A DNA stretch of 64,000 bases from positions 65,684 to 129,683 of the forward strand of contig JAPLDS010000042.1 in assembly GCA_026391295.1 (NCBI GenBank), read 5' to 3'. Of the stretch, positions 54,451 to 63,806 are shown piece after piece. Position numbers and translations under genes: made by a program. The notes below the pieces were generated by a model that saw only the letters and a list, made by a program, of their open reading frames with translations, had not been told where the DNA came from and searched no databases. This DNA is from Bacteroidia bacterium (GTDB lineage: Bacteria; Bacteroidota; Bacteroidia; Bacteroidales; Prolixibacteraceae). Each line of letters starts with the position of its first letter. Position 1 is the first letter of the stretch.

Positions 54451-55941
54451 TTATCCTTTTTCACGCCGAAACAAACGCCTCAAATCTGACTGTTCTTTAA
54501 ACCAAATAAATAAGAAAAACAGACTCAATAAGAACGTATTAAATGCAATTCTTAATATAGTACCAGGAATAACAAAGACTCTTTGTATAAGATATAGAAT
54601 AACTGCTACAGCTAAATAAGAACCCAATGTTTTCAAATCATACTTGACTGGAAAATATTTCTGCCCAACAATATAGGATGTCACGGTCATAACCAGGGAG
54701 GCGGCAAAAAAGGCATATCCACATGCCATATAGCCATAAGTAGGAACGAGCAGCCAATTTAAAAGGATGGTGATGATGGCACCAACGATCGCAAATCTTG
54801 CTCCAAAATGAGTCTGATCAGTGAGTTTATACCACAAAGACTGAGTATAGAATATTCCGAGAAATAAATTGCCCATCAATAACCAAGGTACAACTTTAAT
54901 CCCTTCGTGATATCCCGATGTTGTTGACCCAATAAAGAATTTAAGTACATCCATATAAAACATAACCCCTAGAAAAATCAACAAACCCAGGATTACAAAA
55001 TACTTCATAATTACTGCATATACGCGTTTCGAATCTTCATTCTTGTAATGCGAGAAAAGAAATGGCTCAAAAGAAAATCGGAATGCCTGAATAAATAAAG
55101 CCATCAGTATAGCCAATTTTCCACTTGCAGAATAGACACCTAATTCAAAAATTGGATTCGCTGAATTCACAAGCAGCTTAGGCAATAAAATTTTATCAAT
55201 ATTTAAATTGACCATACCTGCCAATCCAATAACCAAAATTGGCCAACCATACTTCAGCATCTTCCGAAGTAAGCCCCAATCAAAATTGGATTTCTTTAGT
55301 TTTAAGTCTGGTAAAAATAGAGCAAGAGTAACTGCGGATGCCACTAAATAAGATAAAAATGCATACCCAATTCCTATATTCGGATTATAGACATATCGGA
55401 TTAATGAATCCGGATTTGCCTGCAAAAGCTTCGGACATAAATAAATCCAAAATAAATTAAGCGCGATGCTTAAAGCAATATTAATGCTCTTTAAAACGGC
55501 AAATCTGACAGGCTTAGATTCTAAGCGTAATCTGGCAAATGGGATAGACGACAAGGCATCTAATGCAACAGTTATACCCATCCAGACTACATAATTTTCA
55601 TGTCCAGAATAGCTTATCCAACTCGAAATAGAGGTAGCAAAACCTAAGACTGCCAAGACAAATAATAGAGCAGTAAAACCAAGAGAGACCATGGTTGTCG
55701 TATAAACCTTATCTGGATTATCACTCTTTCCAGCAAACCTGAAATAGGATGTCTCCATTCCATAGGTTAAGACAACTTGCAAAAAAGCCACATAAGCCAA
55801 TATATTGCTTAAAATACCAAACTCGGCCGGTAAAAACATCCAGGCATATAAAGGGGTAAGCCACCAATTTAAAAACCTGCCAATTATACTCGGCACGCCA
55901 TAAATAACTGTCTCACTAGCAAGCTTCTTAAATACGCTCAA
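54451..55941 (-). CDS. oligosaccharide/polysaccharide flippase family protein (Wzx/MOP superfamily)
   Basis: About 14 TM helices across 496 aa, with a MOP-type N-terminus FKKLASETVIYGVPSIIGRFLNWWLTPLY. The apparent start codon is TTG. Confidence 0.8.
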   Translation of the reverse strand: MSVFKKLASETVIYGVPSIIGRFLNWWLTPLYAWMFLPAEFGILSNILAYVAFLQVVLTYGMETSYFRFAGKSDNPDKVYTTTMVSLGFTALLFVLAVLGFATSISSWISYSGHENYVVWMGITVALDALSSIPFARLRLESKPVRFAVLKSINIALSIALNLFWIYLCPKLLQANPDSLIRYVYNPNIGIGYAFLSYLVASAVTLALFLPDLKLKKSNFDWGLLRKMLKYGWPILVIGLAGMVNLNIDKILLPKLLVNSANPIFELGVYSASGKLAILMALFIQAFRFSFEPFLFSHYKNEDSKRVYAVIMKYFVILGLLIFLGVMFYMDVLKFFIGSTTSGYHEGIKVVPWLLMGNLFLGIFYTQSLWYKLTDQTHFGARFAIVGAIITILLNWLLVPTYGYMACGYAFFAASLVMTVTSYIVGQKYFPVKYDLKTLGSYLAVAVILYLIQRVFVIPGTILRIAFNTFLLSLFFLFIWFKEQSDLRRLFRREKG

Positions 55942-56137
55942 AATCGCTAAATTTAAAAGTAGAATACAAATATAATCCTTTAGAGTATTCGGGTAACATT
56001 AAAATCTAGTCAACCCATTTATTGTTCCACGTGAAGCATCGTGAACTAGAACAAACACCATTATTGATATCCAACGATTTTTACTAATTTTCGACCGTTC
56101 AATTTTAACACCTAAATCGATCATTTTAGCTTTGATT

Positions 56138-57214
56138 ATGAGAAAACTAGTAGTTTTAATCTTCTGTTTATTCCACACATCATTTCTATTCGTGAATTGT
56201 GCGCACTCCTCAAAAAGAAGTAGACCACCAGTAACAGCCATAAAACTTTTGTCTAAAAATAAAAAAATCACCTTAGGTGCGGAATTTGAAATTGAGTTAA
56301 AAACAAAAATTAAAGATGGATCATTCCGAAATACCGAAGTATTTTTAGATGGTAAGTCACTGCTTATTAGTGATAAAATAGATTTTAATGCTCAAATAAA
56401 AACTTCAGAGCTAGGAGTCGGAACCCATGTTATCAAGGCCATTTCAACCACAAATGAAGGAATAGCTGGTGAAAACTTCAGTGAGTTTTTACTTCTTTCT
56501 GATGTAAAACCACTAAAATACGACTATAAAATTATTCGAACTTATCCTCACAATCCCGACTATTTTACCGAAGGTCTTGAGTTTAACAATGGGTATCTAT
56601 ATGAGGGGACCGGACAAGAAGGGAGTTCTGCTATTTATAAGGTAGATCTTTTAACATCTAAGGTTTTAAAATCATATAAAATTGAAGATCAATATTTTGG
56701 CGAAGGAATTACTATCTTAAATAATAAACTATATCAGCTTACCTACAAATCTCAACTAGGCTTCGTTCGAGACCTGAACACCTTTGATGTTCTTAAAACT
56801 TGGAATTACAAAAATCTGCAAGGTTGGGGTTTAACCAATGATGGAAGCTCAATAATTATGAGTGATGGTACCGAATTTATCTATTTTATTGATCCACAAA
56901 ATTTTAGCGTGAATAAAAAAATACAGGTCTGTAACCAAAATGAGACTATTAAAAATATAAATGAGTTAGAGTATATAAATGGAGAAATCTGGGCAAATAT
57001 TTGGATGACTGACACGGTAATTAAAATCGATCCTAAATCAGGAAAAGTATTAGCCGAAATAGATCTTAGTGGTATTTTACCAACTAGCCTTTCGAATCAA
57101 AAGAATCCAGCCGATGTACTAAATGGAATTGCTTTTGATAAATCAAAAAACAAAATTGTTGTTACTGGTAAATACTGGCCTAAATTATTTGAAATTCAAT
57201 TAGTTAAACATTAA
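56138..57214 (+). CDS. glutaminyl-peptide cyclotransferase (beta-propeller type) with N-terminal Ig-like domain; lipoprotein
   Basis: MRKLVVLIFCLFHTSFLFVNC lipobox. The propeller-type QC region has YPHNPDYFTEGLEF, YEGTGQEGSS, FGEGITI, GWGLTNDG and LNGIAFD. The track start at 56132 is a TTG. Confidence 0.82.
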   Translation: MRKLVVLIFCLFHTSFLFVNCAHSSKRSRPPVTAIKLLSKNKKITLGAEFEIELKTKIKDGSFRNTEVFLDGKSLLISDKIDFNAQIKTSELGVGTHVIKAISTTNEGIAGENFSEFLLLSDVKPLKYDYKIIRTYPHNPDYFTEGLEFNNGYLYEGTGQEGSSAIYKVDLLTSKVLKSYKIEDQYFGEGITILNNKLYQLTYKSQLGFVRDLNTFDVLKTWNYKNLQGWGLTNDGSSIIMSDGTEFIYFIDPQNFSVNKKIQVCNQNETIKNINELEYINGEIWANIWMTDTVIKIDPKSGKVLAEIDLSGILPTSLSNQKNPADVLNGIAFDKSKNKIVVTGKYWPKLFEIQLVKH

Positions 57215-57225
57215 ATTTAAACTAA

Positions 57226-58245
57226 TTAGAATAACGTTTGTTCGCCCGATCTGTTTGGAGTTCTGCCCAAATGTGTATAGGCTAATTCAGTTGCCTCCCG
57301 TCCCCGAGGTGTACGTTTCAAAAAGCCCTCTTTAATCAAAAACGGTTCATATACCTCTTCTATAGTTCCTGAATCCTCCCCTACCGCAGTAGCAATAGTC
57401 GTTATTCCAATTGGCCCACCTTTGAATTTATCGATAATAGTACTTAAAATACGATTGTCCATTTCATCCAATCCATATTTATCAATATTCAAAGCTTCTA
57501 AGGCATACTTTGTAATCTCAATATCGATTGTTCCATTCCCTTTAACCATGGCAAAATCACGCACTCGTCGCAATAATGCATTGACAATTCTTGGAGTTCC
57601 TCTGCTTCGTCTGGCAATTTCAAGCGCAGCATCTTCATAAATTACAACATCCAATATCTTAGCCGACCTTTTTACGATGGTCGTTAAAATGGTAATATCA
57701 TAATATTCTAGATGACAATTAATTCCAAATCTTGCACGCAAGGGAGCTGTTAATAAACCACTTCTTGTAGTCGCACCAATTAGAGTAAAATGATTTAAAT
57801 CCAATTGAATAGATCTTGCACTTGGACCCTTATCAATCATAATATCAATACGATAATCCTCCATGGCAGAATATAAATACTCCTCCACAACAGGACTTAA
57901 TCGATGAATTTCATCAATAAAAAGAACATCATTAGGTTCCAAATTAGTTAGAACACCTGCTAAATCGCCCGGCTTATCTAATACTGGTCCTGAAGTAAGT
58001 TTAAGATTAACCCCTAATTCATTAGCCAAAATATTAGATAATGTTGTTTTACCTAATCCAGGAGGACCATGCAAAAGAACATGATCCAAAGATTCACTTC
58101 GCATAACGGCAGCTTGAACAAAAATCTTTAGATTTTCAACAATTTTGTTTTGTCCACTAAAATCTGAAAAACGTAGTGGTCTTAATTTATTATCAAAATC
58201 AGTATCTTCTTGAGCGCTTCCTCTTATATCAATAAAATCATCCAT
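57226..58245 (-). CDS. ruvB: Holliday junction branch migration DNA helicase RuvB
   Basis: [12 protein letters not shown], Walker [10 protein letters not shown], Walker B LFIDEIHR and [15 protein letters not shown]. The track start at 58251 is a GTG, so I use the ATG at 58243-58245. Confidence 0.97.
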   Translation of the reverse strand: MDDFIDIRGSAQEDTDFDNKLRPLRFSDFSGQNKIVENLKIFVQAAVMRSESLDHVLLHGPPGLGKTTLSNILANELGVNLKLTSGPVLDKPGDLAGVLTNLEPNDVLFIDEIHRLSPVVEEYLYSAMEDYRIDIMIDKGPSARSIQLDLNHFTLIGATTRSGLLTAPLRARFGINCHLEYYDITILTTIVKRSAKILDVVIYEDAALEIARRSRGTPRIVNALLRRVRDFAMVKGNGTIDIEITKYALEALNIDKYGLDEMDNRILSTIIDKFKGGPIGITTIATAVGEDSGTIEEVYEPFLIKEGFLKRTPRGREATELAYTHLGRTPNRSGEQTLF

Positions 58246-58277
58246 GATCACTAAAATCTATTAATCAATTTATATTT

Positions 58278-58664
58278 TTAAGCTAAAGTGCTTATTGCTT
58301 CTTTAAAAGAATCAAGATTAAATGGTTTAGGCAATAAATTATCCATCCCCACTTCAAGGTATTTTTGACTATTATTTTGAGCTATATTAGCAGTTATTCC
58401 CAAAATAGGTGTTCTTCTTTTTTCAGGATGTTTTAATTCAAAAGTTCTAATTTTTTTGGTTGCCTTATAACCATCCAAGAGAGGCATTTGAATATCTATT
58501 AAAATTAAATCAAATTCAGCAGCTAAGAAAAATTTATAACCTTCTAAACCATTTGTGGCAATAGAAATTTGACAATTATTCTTTTCTAAAATAATTTTAA
58601 TAACTCGTTGATTTATAATATTATCCTCGATCAGTAAAACAGCTAATTTATCATCTAATAGCAT
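58278..58664 (-). CDS. stand-alone response-regulator receiver domain protein (CheY-like)
   Basis: From the ATG at 58662-58664: MLLDDKLAVLLIEDN, DLILIDIQMPLLDG, ILGITAN and LPKPF. The track start at 58727 is a TTG extension. The gene is very AT-rich; the two 60-nt lines I hand-counted inside the gene had 15% and 30% GC. Confidence 0.8.
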   Translation of the reverse strand: MLLDDKLAVLLIEDNIINQRVIKIILEKNNCQISIATNGLEGYKFFLAAEFDLILIDIQMPLLDGYKATKKIRTFELKHPEKRRTPILGITANIAQNNSQKYLEVGMDNLLPKPFNLDSFKEAISTLA

Positions 58665-58888
58665 AAATAGTATATTTGAAGCTGTATTTATAGCACACAA
58701 ATTTAAACCATATAATTCAATCCACAACTTACCAATCTTCCAAGTTTAAACAGTTATTATTATTATTACTTTATTTAAAAGTTAAAATCTATTTCTAATA
58801 ATAGCCTGTTAATATCGTTTATAACTTTATCACTTATTTCTTGTTTAATCTATAAGGAATAGTTCTAAACGGGTTATTCAAAACTATG

Positions 58889-59132
58889 AACATCCTATTG
58901 TCTTAATTTGTTGTCTTTTATAGTGCTATTAACGAATGGTTAATAGTTATCTTTGTTTTTTAATTTATATAAATATTTAGTCGTCAAACTTGAAAAATTG
59001 GACTCATTAATTGTTTTAATTTTTCATAAGTTCATTTAGGATTTTTCATTTTTATTCTTACTAACTAGACTTTCATCTTAAGGCTAATTAGAGTAATAAA
59101 AAGTTATTAAGTCCAAACCACAATAGGATGTT
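58889..59132. repeat. 13-bp perfect inverted repeat bracketing a 218-bp AT-rich segment
   Basis: aacatcctattgt (58889-58901) is the exact reverse complement of acaataggatgtt (59120-59132). It lies inside the 549-bp gene-free gap 58665-59213. Confidence 0.8.
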
Positions 59133-59213
59133 AATAACTATAGATTAGAATAATTTTATTAAATAAATACTTAAAAATCAAAAGGTTAATTTGATTTAAA
59201 ATATATAGCTATC

Positions 59214-59651
59214 ATGAAAACTATCGGTTTAGCCTCTGATCATGCAGGGTTTGATTTAAAAATTCATATTAAAAACTATCTCATTAAATTGGGCTATTCT
59301 GTAATTGATTTTGGTTGCAATTCAGATCAAAGTTGTGATTATGCTGATTTTGCTCATTTATTAGGAACCGCTTTTGATAAACAAGAAATTAATCAAGGCT
59401 TCGTATTTTGCGGTACTGGTAATGGAATAAATATGACTGTTAACAAACACCAGTCAATTCGTTCGGCCTTATGCTGGAATAAAAATGTAGTAGAATTGGC
59501 TAGACATCATAATGATGCTAATGTTTGTGCTTTGCCAGCTCGGTTAATAAGTGAAGACGAGGCAGTAGCTATTGTCGATATATTCTTAAATGAGCCTTTT
59601 GATGGGGGTCGTCATGCTGTACGAATCGAAAAAATCCCAATAAAGAATTAA
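59214..59651 (+). CDS. rpiB: ribose 5-phosphate isomerase B
   Basis: IGLASDHAGFDLK, CGTGNGINMTVNK and RHHNDANV. 145 aa. Confidence 0.93.
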   Translation: MKTIGLASDHAGFDLKIHIKNYLIKLGYSVIDFGCNSDQSCDYADFAHLLGTAFDKQEINQGFVFCGTGNGINMTVNKHQSIRSALCWNKNVVELARHHNDANVCALPARLISEDEAVAIVDIFLNEPFDGGRHAVRIEKIPIKN

Positions 59652-59684
59652 TCCCCTTTTAACACACATACCTTAATATCTTCA

Positions 59685-60815
59685 ATGTCAGGCATTTATT
59701 TTCATATTCCCTATTGTAGAACTAAATGCCATTATTGCGATTTCTATGCTAGCAATAATATAAAGACTATCAATCAGTTAGTTAATGCTGAAATAGAAGA
59801 ACTCTATTTGCGTCGAAGTTATTTAGAGGATGAGGAAGTTCAAACAATTTATTTTGGTGGCGGCACCCCCTCTGTTTTATCTATTTCCCACATAAATGAC
59901 CTTTTGAGTACTGTAAGGAAAAATTTCAATGTCTCTGTAGACTGCGAAATATCTCTTGAAGCTAATCCGGAGGATCTAACTGAGCTTTATTTGAAACAGC
60001 TTTATGAGGTTGGTATTAATAGGCTAAGTATAGGTATTCAAAGTTTTGATGAAGATATTTTAGTCTATCTTGGTCGCCGACATGGCACTGAAATGCTCTC
60101 TAACATGATCGAAACCGCACAAAATATAGGATTTAAAAATATTTCACTCGATCTTATTTACGGTATTCCTGGATTAACATTAGAGCGGTATACTGAATCA
60201 ATAAAAGCGGTCCTTAAATTAGGTGTTCAACATATTTCAGCCTATGCCCTAACGATTGAGAAAAAAACGTATTTCTATAAGTTATTAATAACAAATAGAT
60301 TAAAAGAGGTCGCCGACGAAGAGGTGTTGGATCATTTTAATGCTACGATTGATTTATTAGCATTGAATGGCTTCTCTCATTACGAGGTTAGTAGTTTTTC
60401 AAAACCCGGATTTCAGTCTAGGCACAATTCATCGTATTGGCAGGGTAAAAATTACTTAGGTGTGGGACCCGCAGCTCACAGTTTTAATGGCAAAAGCAGA
60501 CAATGGAACATTAGTAGTACAAAGAATTACATCCTAAATATTGCCAATGGCTCCTCCTATTTTGAAGTCGAAATACTAAATGAAATAGATAAATACAACG
60601 AGTATGTATTGTTGGGTCTTCGGACAGCCAATGGCATTTCTAAGAATTTTATAGTGGATAGTTTCGACAAGAAAATTGTGGCTTATTTTTCAAAAGAGAT
60701 ATCAAAACTCGATAAAGATGAGTTCATTTTGCAAGATGGAGATCAAATTTGTCTCTCTCGGAAGGGTATTTTAATGTCTGATTTTATCATTCGAAAGCTT
60801 TTTTATGTCCCTTGA
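59685..60815 (+). CDS. hemW: radical SAM family haem chaperone HemW (HemN-like, oxygen-independent coproporphyrinogen oxidase family)
   Basis: IYFHIPYCRTKCHYCDF (CxxxCxxC), YFGGGTPS, and a C-terminal HemN_C-like domain. Confidence 0.9.
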   Translation: MSGIYFHIPYCRTKCHYCDFYASNNIKTINQLVNAEIEELYLRRSYLEDEEVQTIYFGGGTPSVLSISHINDLLSTVRKNFNVSVDCEISLEANPEDLTELYLKQLYEVGINRLSIGIQSFDEDILVYLGRRHGTEMLSNMIETAQNIGFKNISLDLIYGIPGLTLERYTESIKAVLKLGVQHISAYALTIEKKTYFYKLLITNRLKEVADEEVLDHFNATIDLLALNGFSHYEVSSFSKPGFQSRHNSSYWQGKNYLGVGPAAHSFNGKSRQWNISSTKNYILNIANGSSYFEVEILNEIDKYNEYVLLGLRTANGISKNFIVDSFDKKIVAYFSKEISKLDKDEFILQDGDQICLSRKGILMSDFIIRKLFYVP

Positions 60816-60920
60816 AAATTTTAAAAGTCTTATTAATAATTAATTACAACTTATTTTTTATTTGCATCTTTGTGGTTTATACGGTTTTGAAGCGGTATAG
60901 GATTAATTTATTGGATAAGC

Positions 60921-61346
60921 ATGGCTATTTATTTTAAACAAGAAGGAGTTAAAAGACCTGCTATTTCTGCAAGGAAGCTAGCGGTTTGGCTCACAGGAGT
61001 TACTCATCGATATGATAAGAAACTGGGTTCGTTGAACTATATTTTTTGTGACGACGAGTACCTCTTAGCCATCAATAAGCAATACCTAAACCACGATTAT
61101 TATACCGATATTATAACTTTTGATTATTCAGAGGGAAATAAAGTCTCTGGAGATTTATTTATAAGTATTGACCGTGTTAAGGAAAATGCGATTTTATTCA
61201 AGGTCTCTTTTGAGGATGAATTGTATCGCGTATTAGTTCATGGTCTTTTGCACCTTATTGGTTTTTCAGATAAGAGTGCCGATTCTAAAAAGGTGATGAG
61301 AGCTTTGGAGGATGAGTTTATTTTGATTTATAAGAATTCATTATAA
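60921..61346 (+). CDS. ybeY: rRNA maturation RNase YbeY
   Basis: TDIITFDY and the zinc motif HGLLHLIGFSD. 141 aa. Its stop overlaps the mnmG ATG (TAATG). Confidence 0.92.
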   Translation: MAIYFKQEGVKRPAISARKLAVWLTGVTHRYDKKLGSLNYIFCDDEYLLAINKQYLNHDYYTDIITFDYSEGNKVSGDLFISIDRVKENAILFKVSFEDELYRVLVHGLLHLIGFSDKSADSKKVMRALEDEFILIYKNSL

Positions 61347-63229
61347 TGGATGTTTTAAACGAATATGATATTATTGTTGTCGGTGGTGGTCATGCTGGCT
61401 GCGAAGCTGCTTTAGCGGCTGCTCGATTGGGATCCAAAGTTTTATTGATCTCTATGGATCTGAATAGGATGGCTCAGATGAGCTGCAATCCTGCTGTTGG
61501 AGGTATCGCTAAAGGACAGATTACTAGAGAAATAGATGCACTTGGTGGGAATATGGGGATAGCTACAGATAGCTCCTCTATCCAGTTTAGAATGTTAAAC
61601 CTCTCGAAAGGTCCGGCAATGTGGAGTCCACGGTCGCAATGTGATAAGATTAAATTCTCTGCGGCATGGAAAGCAGTTTTAGAGGAGGAGAAGAATCTCG
61701 ATTTTTGGCAAGGAACGGTTGTAGAATTGGTTTTTGATGGAGATTCGATCTGTGGTGTATTGACTGAAGTTGGTGTTACCTTTAAGGCAAAGGCGGTTAT
61801 TATAACCAGTGGAACCTTTTTAAATGGATTGATGCATTTCGGTACCTCAAAGGTTAAGGGTGGAAGAATATCTGAGCCTGCATCTAAGGGAATTACGGAG
61901 CAATTGGTTTCTAAGGGCTTTTTGGCTGGCAGGATGAAAACTGGAACTCCAGTTCGGATCGACAAGAGAACGATCGATTTTGACCGTCTAATTCGTCAGG
62001 ATGGCGATGAAGTAACGAATCAATTTAGCTTCCTTCCAAAGTCAAGTGAAGAGCTCCCTAAGCTCCCTTGCTATATTACTTATACGAATGCAAAAGTTCA
62101 TGCTATAATCGAAACTGGGTTCAAGGATAGTCCACTTTTTGATGGGACGATCCAAGGGTTAGGCCCGCGCTATTGTCCAAGCATCGAAACTAAATTAATT
62201 ACGTTCGCCGACAAGGATCAACATCAATTGTATTTGGAACCTGAGGGTGTTGATTCATTAGAGTACTATTTGAACGGGTTCTCCTCTTCCTTAAGTTGGA
62301 GGGTTCAAAACGACGCTATACATGCAATTCCAGGATTAGAGAATTCTAAAATTATGAAGCCGGGATATGCGATCGAATACGATTATTTTATACCAACTCA
62401 GCTAAATCATACGTTAGAGACGAAATTAGTCCATAATTTATTCTTTGCTGGGCAAATTAATGGTACCACTGGATACGAAGAGGCAGGTGCTCAGGGGATT
62501 ATGGCTGGAATTAATGCACATCTTAAGATTCGTAATCTAGATCCATTGGTTCTTTCTCGTAGCGAGGCCTATATCGGGGTATTAATTGATGATTTAGTTA
62601 CCAAGGGTGTTGATGAGCCCTATCGAATGTTTACCTCTCGGGCTGAATATCGGTTACTCTTAAGGCAAGACAATGCCGATGAGCGCCTCACTCCTATTGG
62701 ACATAGAATTGGATTGGCGACTGATGAGCGATACGATCGTCTTATTCGTAAGATGGCATTAAAAGAAAACCTGGTTAGCTTTTGCCAGAACTTCTCTGTT
62801 AAGCCCGATTTAATTAATGAATTTTTGGGCTCGAAGGGTTCTAGTCTCTTACGACAAAACATAAAATTAGATGCTCTTATCAAGCGTCCTCATATTGATA
62901 TTTTCGACCTTGTAGCCGTTATTAAACCTCTTCAAGATATTCATGACTCGTTGGGGCTATCGTTGCAACGCGAAGTGTTTGAGTCGGCTGAAATTCTAAT
63001 TAAATATTCCGGGTATATTGAACGTGAAAATATAGTTGCAGAAAAATTACAACGATTAGAAAACGTTCAGATATTGGAGAAATTTAATTATCAATTGATC
63101 GAGTCGCTGTCAACGGAGGCTCGTCAGAAATTGGAAAAGGTTAAGCCAAAAACGATTGGTCAGGCCGCTCGAATTCCCGGGGTCTCTCCTAGTGATATTA
63201 ATGTGCTTTTGGTTCTGATGGGTAGATGA
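61346..63229 (+). CDS. mnmG: tRNA uridine-5-carboxymethylaminomethyl(34) synthesis enzyme MnmG
   Basis: YDIIVVGGGHAGCEAA, SCNPAVGGIAKG, GPRYCPSIE, FFAGQINGTTGYEEA and GQAARIPGVSPSDI. Confidence 0.97.
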   Translation: MDVLNEYDIIVVGGGHAGCEAALAAARLGSKVLLISMDLNRMAQMSCNPAVGGIAKGQITREIDALGGNMGIATDSSSIQFRMLNLSKGPAMWSPRSQCDKIKFSAAWKAVLEEEKNLDFWQGTVVELVFDGDSICGVLTEVGVTFKAKAVIITSGTFLNGLMHFGTSKVKGGRISEPASKGITEQLVSKGFLAGRMKTGTPVRIDKRTIDFDRLIRQDGDEVTNQFSFLPKSSEELPKLPCYITYTNAKVHAIIETGFKDSPLFDGTIQGLGPRYCPSIETKLITFADKDQHQLYLEPEGVDSLEYYLNGFSSSLSWRVQNDAIHAIPGLENSKIMKPGYAIEYDYFIPTQLNHTLETKLVHNLFFAGQINGTTGYEEAGAQGIMAGINAHLKIRNLDPLVLSRSEAYIGVLIDDLVTKGVDEPYRMFTSRAEYRLLLRQDNADERLTPIGHRIGLATDERYDRLIRKMALKENLVSFCQNFSVKPDLINEFLGSKGSSLLRQNIKLDALIKRPHIDIFDLVAVIKPLQDIHDSLGLSLQREVFESAEILIKYSGYIERENIVAEKLQRLENVQILEKFNYQLIESLSTEARQKLEKVKPKTIGQAARIPGVSPSDINVLLVLMGR

Positions 63230-63246
63230 TGTTCCACGTGGAACAT
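63229..63246. terminator. 18-bp perfect palindrome (ATGTTCCACGTGGAACAT) immediately after mnmG; a hairpin terminator or a protein-binding site
   Basis: Self-complementary about a CACGTG core and followed by tttgaattttt. It overlaps the last base of the mnmG stop codon. Confidence 0.45.
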
Positions 63247-63272
63247 TTTGAATTTTTCTAAAATTATAATTT

Positions 63273-63797
63273 ATGGATCTTGCTTTTGTAAAGCTGTCGG
63301 TTCGCAATATTCACGATTATCCAAAGCCGGGAATTAATTTTAAAGATGTCTCTTCCGCCTATCGGGATAGCGAAATATTCCATTTTATTTCAACTTCGAT
63401 TGCCGATAATTATTTGAATCTGGGTATTACGAAGGTGCTAGGAATTGAGTCCAGGGGATTTATTCTGGGTGGAAGTTTAGCTGATCGATTAGGCGCTGGA
63501 TTTGTTCCAATTCGCAAATCAGGTAAATTACCTGCAGCTGTATTTTCCCAATCCTTCGATTTAGAATATGGGTCCGATACGTTGGAGATTCATCAAGATG
63601 CCTTGTCTTCAGATGACGTGGTTTTGATCCATGACGATATCTTGGCTACCGGCGGTACTATGGGAGCTGCGATAAGTCTTGTCCGCCGTTTTGGCATCTC
63701 CAACATCTATGTGAATGCTTTTATTGAACTTGATTTTTTAGGCGGCAAAGAGAGCTTAGATCCTGCAGTCCCTGTTTGGTCATTGATTCATTTTTAG
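63273..63797 (+). CDS. apt: adenine phosphoribosyltransferase
   Basis: YPKPGINFKD, GIESRGF and the PRPP-binding loop VVLIHDDILATGGT. Confidence 0.93.
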   Translation: MDLAFVKLSVRNIHDYPKPGINFKDVSSAYRDSEIFHFISTSIADNYLNLGITKVLGIESRGFILGGSLADRLGAGFVPIRKSGKLPAAVFSQSFDLEYGSDTLEIHQDALSSDDVVLIHDDILATGGTMGAAISLVRRFGISNIYVNAFIELDFLGGKESLDPAVPVWSLIHF

Positions 63798-63806
63798 ACC
63801 AGCGGT

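Noticed and set aside
54344-54619. 91-aa plus-strand ORF
   Set aside because: It overlaps the 3' end of the flippase gene in antisense. Its composition is odd and I see no supporting signals.
55999-56271. 90-aa minus-strand ORF between the flippase and glutaminyl cyclase genes
   Set aside because: It overlaps the signal-peptide region of the cyclase gene on the other strand. It has no motifs and no promoter box, so it is probably spurious.
58754-58768. (TTA)5 microsatellite in the AT-rich gap
   Set aside because: It is only 15 bp long in a roughly 15% GC region, so it is expected by composition. It is too short to call as a functional tandem repeat.
61474-61965. 163-aa minus-strand ORF inside mnmG
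   Set aside because: It is antisense to the strongly conserved MnmG FAD-binding region and has no recognisable domain.
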